Below are positions 33,081 to 39,203 of a stretch of DNA of 39,203 bases, piece by piece; the stretch's first letter is position 1; every line of letters starts with the position of its first letter. The notes under the pieces were generated by a model. It saw only the letters and a list, made by a program, of their open reading frames with translations. It did no database searches and was not told the origin of the DNA. The DNA is from a virus, in the UHGV virus genome UHGV-0043900. One strand, written 5' to 3'. The translations under genes and the position numbers were made by a program.

Positions 33081-34222
33081 AGAGCACTTCGCAAGGCGCA
33101 TCAGCGTTAACCGGCGTCAGTGATGTGCTGACACCGGTATTCACTCTGTGGTATCTGCAGAAAAACATCACCTCAGATATCGCGCCTTATGTTACCCGTG
33201 TGACCTGGAGCGATAACATCAAAAATGAGTCCGATACCATCGAGGTGGAGCTGGACGATACCGATGGTCGCTGGCTGGATAAGTGGTATCCGGGTAAGGG
33301 TGATACTCTGACGCTGAAAATGGGCTATCAGGGCGAGAAACTGCTGTCCTGCGGTACATTTTCAATAGACGAGATCGAAGTGAGTTCGCCCGCGTCCGTT
33401 GTCGCTATCCGTGGGGTGGCCACCTCGGTTAACAGTGCTCTGCGGACTAAATCCAGCCGTGGTTTTGAGAACACCACGCTGGCGGCTGTTGCGGGGCGGA
33501 TTGCCAGAAAGCACCGGCTGAAACTGGTGGGCAGCATTGAGTCCATCAAAATCGACCGGGTGACCCAGTATGCTGAAACCGACGTGGGTTTTCTGCGCCG
33601 GCTGGCCAGCGAGTATGGTTATGCAGTGAAAGTTGTCAGTGACCAGCTGATTTTTTCTCATCTGGCCACACTGCGCAGTCAGGAGCCGGTCAGGCAGTTA
33701 AAACCGCAGGATGTGGCCCGCTTTTCCCTGCGTGACACCATCAACCGGGTCTATAAATCTGCAAAGGTAAAACACCAGAAAAGCAGCAGTAAAAAACTGA
33801 TCGTCTACGAAGCTGATGGTGGTACCCGTGAAAGCGACAAAAAGCTCAAAGGTGGTAAGGTTACCAGCGCTGACTCACTTAAAGTTAACAGCCGTGTCAG
33901 CGACCCGGACAGTGCCCGGATTAAAGCGGATTCAGCACTGGCCAGATATAACGAATACCAGCAGAACGGCTCCCTGACGCTGACGGGAACGCCTCAACTG
34001 ACAGCAGGCAACAAAATTGAACTGGTGGGCTTTGGACAGTTATCCGGTCCATGGCTGATAATTACTGCCCGCCATGCGTTTGAGCGTAACAGCGGCTACA
34101 CCACAGAGCTGGAAGTGGCACGGGGGCCAGTCACAAGAGGGAAAAAACAAAAAACTCAGAAACTCACGGTTTATCACCCGGATGGCAGTACATCGACGGT
34201 GATTAAGGAGAAGAAAAAATGA
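33068..34222 (+). CDS. Baseplate hub protein (Mu P / P2 gpD 'late control D' family)
   Basis: 384 aa, size and position after X; basic Lys-rich C-terminal tail. Confidence 0.8.
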   Translation: MAEIKSTSQGASALTGVSDVLTPVFTLWYLQKNITSDIAPYVTRVTWSDNIKNESDTIEVELDDTDGRWLDKWYPGKGDTLTLKMGYQGEKLLSCGTFSIDEIEVSSPASVVAIRGVATSVNSALRTKSSRGFENTTLAAVAGRIARKHRLKLVGSIESIKIDRVTQYAETDVGFLRRLASEYGYAVKVVSDQLIFSHLATLRSQEPVRQLKPQDVARFSLRDTINRVYKSAKVKHQKSSSKKLIVYEADGGTRESDKKLKGGKVTSADSLKVNSRVSDPDSARIKADSALARYNEYQQNGSLTLTGTPQLTAGNKIELVGFGQLSGPWLIITARHAFERNSGYTTELEVARGPVTRGKKQKTQKLTVYHPDGSTSTVIKEKKK

Positions 34223-34731
34223 CTGGTGTCACCCGTCAGGTCGGTACGGTCAGTGCCGTTGATGCAGACAGGGTTCAGGCCCGCGTGCGTCTGCCTGAAT
34301 GCGATAACCTGCGCACAAACTGGCTTAACGTGCTGCAGCACAATACCCAGGATAATAAGGATTACTGGCTCCCTGACGTGGGGGAACAAGTTGAGGTGTT
34401 GCTCGATGCTAACGGCGAGGATGGTGTTATACTGGGCGCGGTGTACTCAGACGTCGATAAACCACCGTTCAGTGATAAAAACGTCCGGGGCACGAAATAC
34501 GCTGATGGCGCGGAGTTCAGTTATAACCGCGCGACCCATACGCTGACAGTCAAAGGCGGTATTGAGCATGTGGTGATCGAGGTTGCAGTGGATATCAGCC
34601 TGAAAGGGAAAACTATTGTTCTGACCGCTGACACCACCACTGTAAATGGCAACCTTGAAATTAACGGCAATGCCCACTCGACAGGCAGTATGTTGTCAGA
34701 TGGCCAGAACTCTAATCATCACTCGCACTGA
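34219..34731 (+). CDS. Baseplate spike / assembly protein V-like (Mu gp45)
   Basis: 170 aa; N-terminal OB-like region (GTVSAVDADRVQARVRL...QVEVLLDANGEDGVILGAVYS) typical of gpV spikes. Confidence 0.7.
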   Translation: MTGVTRQVGTVSAVDADRVQARVRLPECDNLRTNWLNVLQHNTQDNKDYWLPDVGEQVEVLLDANGEDGVILGAVYSDVDKPPFSDKNVRGTKYADGAEFSYNRATHTLTVKGGIEHVVIEVAVDISLKGKTIVLTADTTTVNGNLEINGNAHSTGSMLSDGQNSNHHSH

Positions 34732-34786
34732 AGTTTCTTAAACGCCTTTAATATCGGCGTTCCCTTCCGGGGGCAATACTGCTCCT

Positions 34787-35134
34787 ATGAAAACGACCTC
34801 AGTATTCTGGCAACCAGCTCTGCAGGCTCCCGGCGAAATCGTCCGGGGGCTGGATGATATCCGGCAGTCCATCCAGATCATCCTGCGGACTCCCCGCGGC
34901 AGCGACCCGCATCGCCCGGAGTTCGGCAGCAATCTGCACCTTTATATCGACTGGCCTGTCGACCGGGCCATTCCGCATGTGGTTCGCGAATCCGTCGATG
35001 CCATCAGGCGCTGGGAACCCCGCTGCCAGCTTATGTCGGTTAAACCCGCCGTCGACGGCGAACATCTTACGCTCCGGGTGAGCTGGAAAGGCTCAGACGG
35101 ACAACCCCGTACTCAGGAACTGCTATGGCGCTGA
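34787..35134 (+). CDS. Baseplate wedge protein (gpW / T4 gp25-like, lysozyme-like fold)
   Basis: 115 aa with the GPW/gp25 motif GSDPHRPEFGSNLHLYIDWPVD. Confidence 0.7.
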   Translation: MKTTSVFWQPALQAPGEIVRGLDDIRQSIQIILRTPRGSDPHRPEFGSNLHLYIDWPVDRAIPHVVRESVDAIRRWEPRCQLMSVKPAVDGEHLTLRVSWKGSDGQPRTQELLWR

Positions 35135-36228
35135 CAGAACCCGATTTTATTGAACGCGATGCCGATAAAATCACGGCAGAAATGATTGCGAAATATGAGG
35201 CAGATACCGGAAAAAAGCTGTATCCGGCGCAGGCAGAACGTCTGTTGATCGACCTGTGGGCCTATCGTGAAACCCTGGTCAGGGTGGCGGTACAGGAAGC
35301 GGCGAAGCTGAATCTGGTCGCCTTTTCCCGCGAGCCGATGATTGACTACCTCGGTGAACTGGTTGGTGTGTACCGCCTTGCCGCGCAGCCTGCCACCACC
35401 ACACTTCAGTTTTCCTTGGATGAGGCACTGGCCATTGATGTGCTGATCCCGGCAGGCACCCGTGTCAGCGCTTCCGACAGTGTTATTTTTGCCACCAATA
35501 CAGATGTGGTGCTGAAGGCCGGATTGCAACTGGTCAATGCCCCGGCCACCTGTACCGAGCCGGGTACCTCTGGCAACGGCTGGCAACCTGCGCAGGTCAG
35601 TCAGTTGCTTGATGAGATTGATAATGTTGACCTGCTGGTGACCAATCTGACGGCCAGTTCTGGTGGTTCAGAGCAGGAAGACAATGACCGACTCCGGGAG
35701 CGTATCAGGCTGGCCCCGGAGTCCTTCACCAATGCCGGAAGCCGTGGTGCATACCGTTTTCATGCTATGGGCGCGCATCCCAGCATTGTCGACGTCGCCG
35801 TGCTATCCCCGGTTCCTGGCACTGTCGAGCTGTATCCGCTGCTCAGTACTGGTCTGCCAGACAGCAGTATCCTCACTCTGGTAGAGAGTTTCTGTTCTGA
35901 CGAAAAAGTCAGGCCGCTCACTGATACCGTGCGGGCGAAAACACCTGTTCAAGTGGATTACACTATTGAAGCCAGGATTACGATCTATCGTGATCAGGAT
36001 GCCAACTCGGTAAAGGATAACGCTAACAGTGCCATACAGAACTGGGTGGCTTCTCGTACTGCCACGCTGGGGCGCGATATTGTTCCCAGCCAGATTATCA
36101 GTGTGCTGTCCGTTTCCGGGGTGTACCAGGTTGAACTGGTGACACCGACACTACGGGTGCTGGCAGAAAACGAATGGGCAAACTGTACGGCGATCACTCT
36201 TAACATGACCGGAGTGTCCGATGACTGA
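35125..36228 (+). CDS. Baseplate J-like protein (Mu gp47)
   Basis: 367 aa following gpW with overlapping start. Confidence 0.8.
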   Translation: MALTEPDFIERDADKITAEMIAKYEADTGKKLYPAQAERLLIDLWAYRETLVRVAVQEAAKLNLVAFSREPMIDYLGELVGVYRLAAQPATTTLQFSLDEALAIDVLIPAGTRVSASDSVIFATNTDVVLKAGLQLVNAPATCTEPGTSGNGWQPAQVSQLLDEIDNVDLLVTNLTASSGGSEQEDNDRLRERIRLAPESFTNAGSRGAYRFHAMGAHPSIVDVAVLSPVPGTVELYPLLSTGLPDSSILTLVESFCSDEKVRPLTDTVRAKTPVQVDYTIEARITIYRDQDANSVKDNANSAIQNWVASRTATLGRDIVPSQIISVLSVSGVYQVELVTPTLRVLAENEWANCTAITLNMTGVSDD

Positions 36229-36802
36229 GCCGTTACAACTCCCGCCACCGCTTGAGGGTGATATCAGTCTCAGAACACTGGGAAGACTGGCCGGGCGGCT
36301 GGATAACATTGACCTGAGCGTACTGATGGTCTGTCTCGTCGATATCGTCGACAGTTCCGCGCTGCCATGGTTGGGCGAGCAGTTCTCACTGTTCGGTGAT
36401 GGCTGGGAGCTTGCTGAATCGGACGATGTTCGTCGCATGCTTATCAAATCTGCTATCGAGCTGCACCGCTACAAAGGAACGCCGTGGTCAGTCAGAGAGA
36501 TTATTCGGCGTTTCGGTTTTGGGGAGGTAGACATAATCGAAGGCCTGGGGGGATTACATTATAACGGCCAAAGACAGTTCAATGGGTATTGCCTTTATGG
36601 TGACGAAAGTTCCTGGGCTATATACAGAGTAATATTACAGAGGCCAATAACTAATGACCAGGCAACATTATTACGCCGTGTACTTTCATTTTTTGCCCCC
36701 GCGCGATGCCATCTTATTAGCCTTGATTATCAGTCTGTACCCGTTCGTTATAACGCAGAAGCCTGTTATGACAGTAATTATAATTATGGGAGTCATCAGT
36801 AA
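36221..36802 (+). CDS. Tail protein I-like (Mu gp48 / P2 gpI)
   Basis: 193 aa; between baseplate J and the tail fibre gene. Confidence 0.65.
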   Translation: MTEPLQLPPPLEGDISLRTLGRLAGRLDNIDLSVLMVCLVDIVDSSALPWLGEQFSLFGDGWELAESDDVRRMLIKSAIELHRYKGTPWSVREIIRRFGFGEVDIIEGLGGLHYNGQRQFNGYCLYGDESSWAIYRVILQRPITNDQATLLRRVLSFFAPARCHLISLDYQSVPVRYNAEACYDSNYNYGSHQ

Positions 36803-37794
36803 TGGCGAAACTAAATGAATCTGCTGTCTGGGAAGACGGCATTTACCAGCTTGAAGTTTCTGATCCAGTTTTGGGTGGTCCAGGGGGGATTGCAAACCGA
36901 CAGGCTGAACAACTGGCAAACAGAACAGCATATTTAAAAAAGAAAGCTGAACGTCAGGATAAGGGACTGGAGGACCATCAAAAAGCATCTGATCCACATA
37001 CCCAGTATGCCCACAAAGAATCTCCGGCGTTTAGCGGCACCCCGACTGCACCAACTGCGGATAAAGCGGATAACAGCAATAAGCTGGCCACGACAAAATT
37101 TGTAAAAGGGGCAATCGCTGATCTGCAGTCAAAATTAGATAATAACCAGCCCGTTGACTGCTATACAAAAGCCGAATCAGATACCAGGTATCCGGATTCA
37201 GGAAGTGTTGCATACCTGACGAAAAGTACAATTCAGCGTTTTCAGGGAAGTATTGAAGTCAGGGATATTTTCAGTATCTACACATTAAATGATGTAAACG
37301 GTCTCAGGCTCGAACCGGGACTAAAAAATAACATTGGACTGAAACGCAGGGGAAAATGGACTTATTACAGCTTCCCGGATAAGGATGGGGAACTGGCATT
37401 AAAATCTGATTTAACTTCGCTTCTGGACGGTCTGGACATATATCCTGTGGGAGCACCACTTCCCTGGCCATTAGCCACACCGCCATCGGGTTACTTAATC
37501 TGTAACGGACAACGATTTAACCCGTCCACCTACCCCGGGCTGGCTTCTGCCTATCCAGGTGGTGTCCTGCCGGATTTGCGCGGTGAATTTATTCGTGGCT
37601 GGGATAATGGTCGTGGTGTGGATACAGGAAGACGCATCCTCAGTCAGCAATTCGGCAATACCCCAGTTATGGATTATGAATATCCAGTAGGCAGTGGTTT
37701 TTCGGTAACGATTCGCACTGTAGGAAATGATGAAGGTGCAAATGAAACGCGTCCGCGAAATATCGCTTTTTTATATATCGTGAGGGCTAAATAA
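36802..37794 (+). CDS. Tail fibre protein with C-terminal phage 'tail collar' domain
   Basis: 330 aa; C-terminal motif YLICNGQRFNPSTYPGLASAYPGGVLPDLRGEFIRGWDNGRGVDTGR matches the Tail_Collar consensus. Lower GC than the core tail genes. Confidence 0.75.
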   Translation: MAKLNESAVWEDGIYQLEVSDPVLGGPGGIANRQAEQLANRTAYLKKKAERQDKGLEDHQKASDPHTQYAHKESPAFSGTPTAPTADKADNSNKLATTKFVKGAIADLQSKLDNNQPVDCYTKAESDTRYPDSGSVAYLTKSTIQRFQGSIEVRDIFSIYTLNDVNGLRLEPGLKNNIGLKRRGKWTYYSFPDKDGELALKSDLTSLLDGLDIYPVGAPLPWPLATPPSGYLICNGQRFNPSTYPGLASAYPGGVLPDLRGEFIRGWDNGRGVDTGRRILSQQFGNTPVMDYEYPVGSGFSVTIRTVGNDEGANETRPRNIAFLYIVRAK

Positions 37795-38414
37795 TGCAAA
37801 AATATAACGTCAATATTCAGGAAGGAAAAATTGGTGAGAACGGTCTGGCCAGCGTGGCCGGATGGGTTAAGTGCTACCTTGCTAATCCTGTAACACGCGA
37901 ATACATGGGGTCCACCATGGAATATGTCATGTTCGATGTGTCCCTGTCAGAAGGTGCATATCTGGATGAACCTCAGTTACCAGTAAAAGCCAGTCAGGCG
38001 GTTCGACGCACGGAAGATGGAACAGCCTGGGAAATTGTCGACGATTATCGTGGGATGGAAGCCTTTAATACACAAACCAGAGAGTCCGTAACCATTAATT
38101 TTATTGGTCCGTTGCCCGAAATATTAACAATGCACAAACCCACAAGCGAATTTGACAGATGGGATGGCCATCGCTGGGTGGAGGACAAAGAAGCAGCCAG
38201 AAAAGCCAGGATTGATGCTGTCAGAAAACACAAAGCAGTGTTATCAGAAGAAGCGGAAACACGCATCGCTCAGCTTGAGCGAAAAGTTCGTCTGGAACTT
38301 GCATCAGATGAAGAAAAAGAACTGCTTAAAGCGTGGGAGATCTACACAATAAGACTTAGTGACGTTAATCCAGAAATAAACCAGGACATCGAATTCCCTC
38401 AGAAACCTGAATAG
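37794..38414 (+). CDS. Tail fibre assembly chaperone (Tfa-like)
   Basis: 206 aa immediately downstream of the tail fibre; C-terminus (KAWEIYTIRLSDVNPEINQDIEFPQKP) typical of Tfa proteins. Confidence 0.75.
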   Translation: MQKYNVNIQEGKIGENGLASVAGWVKCYLANPVTREYMGSTMEYVMFDVSLSEGAYLDEPQLPVKASQAVRRTEDGTAWEIVDDYRGMEAFNTQTRESVTINFIGPLPEILTMHKPTSEFDRWDGHRWVEDKEAARKARIDAVRKHKAVLSEEAETRIAQLERKVRLELASDEEKELLKAWEIYTIRLSDVNPEINQDIEFPQKPE

Positions 38415-38428
38415 TTATCTACAATTAC

Positions 38429-38480
38429 GGCCTGTACTCATGATGGCGGTAAAATCCATGAGTACAGGCTGGTGTATGTC
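38429..38480 (+). terminator. Hairpin terminator at the end of the late operon
   Basis: 13-bp perfect stem GGCCTGTACTCAT/ATGAGTACAGGCC with ~15-nt loop, followed by a moderately T-rich tract. Confidence 0.4.
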
Positions 38481-38623
38481 TGAATATATGCATTTCTGTT
38501 ACAGGTTAGTTGATACAAAAGAATAACATGGATATTTACAAGTGATGAGGCCAGGGTTAAGGTTTGAAGCTATTGTGTAAAATTGCAATTCTTTTTCAAT
38601 ATCCGTAACGTAAAGCTTGTTCC

Positions 38624-38665
38624 ATTTATCTCGCTTTTTTGTGTTATTTATCTCGCGCCGCATCA
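38624..38665 (-). repeat. Prophage right terminal sequence with two putative transposase-binding sites (inverted relative to left end)
   Basis: Reverse complement reads TGATGCGGCGC-GAGATAAATAAC-N10-GAGATAAATGG. First site is 11 bp from the terminus, as at the left end; sites are 22 bp apart. Confidence 0.6.
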
Positions 38666-39153
38666 TCCGGCACGACTGATTCCGCCGACTCCTGTGTCCA
38701 CTGCACAAAGTCCTGTTGCAGACGGTCACGGTTAATGCCGGTCAACAGCCGGGCGGCAGCAGGCGGTATATAACGCAGCGGCGAATGCAGCAGGGCCAGC
38801 AGCAACACGCCGCCGCGCAGTTCGCTGTGCTGCATCTCAGCCGACGCCAGCAGCCAGCCCTCTTTAAGCCACTCAACCAGCATCGGGGAAAACGCCGGGT
38901 AGCTGTCCGCAGAACGGGCGGTTGTGTAGTTCTCTACCGTCAGCGCCTGGCGCAACTCTTCCATGCCAATATCGCCCTGGCGGGTAATAACCCGCAGGTC
39001 ACTGCGTGGCATGGCGAGCATCTGAATGAGCACATGGCTGACGGTAATTTCCGCTGCCTGCTGACTCATACATTCAGAGGCGGCCATCTCCAGCGCCTGG
39101 CGGGAGAACAGGTTCAGCCGTTTTACCAGCGTGGGAAGATCAATCTGGATCAT
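38644..39153 (-). pseudogene. tssH: ClpV/TssH N-terminal fragment (Clp N-domain); host part 38666-39153, ORF runs ~22 nt into the prophage right end before a stop
   Basis: 169-aa ORF with strong RBS (AAGGA) and a Clp_N-like sequence (LNLFSRQALEMAASECMSQQAAEITVSHVLIQML...GGVLLLALL). Joining 39153..38672 to 2333..50 in silico gives one continuous frame (...ESAESVVPDADGKGAG...). Confidence 0.8.
38666..38671. repeat. Target-site duplication, right copy (TCCGGC)
   Basis: Direct repeat of 2328-2333 abutting the prophage CA-3' terminus. Confidence 0.5.
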
Positions 39154-39203
39154 AAACGTCCTTATCGAAGTAATTTGTTTAGCTGGTGCAGGATGTCCTG
39201 CGT

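Larger units (their letters stand above)
2334..38665. mobile_element. Mu-like transposable prophage (~36.3 kb) with divergent early/late arms, resembling my recollection of BcepMu-type phages
   Basis: Encodes DDE transposase A, AAA+ transposition protein B, Gam, GemA, Mor and a Mu-order head and contractile tail module. Ends are 5'-TGAT...ATCA-3' with inverted terminal repeats and a flanking direct repeat. No tyrosine or serine integrase is present. It interrupts a host gene. Confidence 0.85.

Noticed and set aside
38499-38729. 76-aa minus-strand ORF spanning the right prophage/host junction
   Set aside because: Crosses the insertion junction and overlaps the clpV N-fragment frame; Cys/Arg-rich; almost certainly fortuitous.
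1-39203. CRISPR arrays, tRNA/rRNA genes, tyrosine/serine integrase with att sites, invertible G-segment with gin
   Set aside because: No spaced direct-repeat arrays, no cloverleaf-like or rRNA-like segments and no integrase or invertase ORF were seen; integration is by transposition.
39162-39203. Possible 3' end of the gene upstream of clpV at the window edge
   Set aside because: One frame is open from the edge to a TAA about 9 nt before the clpV RBS, but 14 codons are too few to call a feature or assign identity.

Overview
This window is two halves of one chromosomal gene, the type VI secretion AAA+ ATPase clpV/tssH (minus strand), separated by a ~36.3 kb Mu-like transposable prophage (about 2334-38665). 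All calls rest on reading the supplied ORF translations and the sequence by eye; no database search was run, and hand-counted coordinates may be off by 1-2 bp. The prophage ends in 5'-TG...CA-3', is flanked by a TCCGGC direct repeat, and carries two inverted GAGATAAAT sites at each end. Its layout is divergent rather than Mu-colinear: an early arm on the minus strand (Ner-like, DDE transposase A, ATPase B, Gam, small genes, GemA, Mor) and a late arm on the plus strand (lysis cassette with embedded Rz1, terminase, portal, head, Mu-order contractile tail, tail fibre). Between the arms lies a lower-GC accessory island (about 12.6-15.6 kb) with an orphan Dam methylase, a duplicated cassette leaving a Dam 5' remnant, two paralogous small proteins, a 71-aa protein and a small P-loop NTPase. 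This island is the best candidate for an undescribed phage-borne defence or counter-defence module. Other notable signals are two late promoters sharing a bipartite motif at identical spacing, a probable +1 frameshift in the tail chaperone gene, and a membrane protein with its own small convergent gene at the left end.
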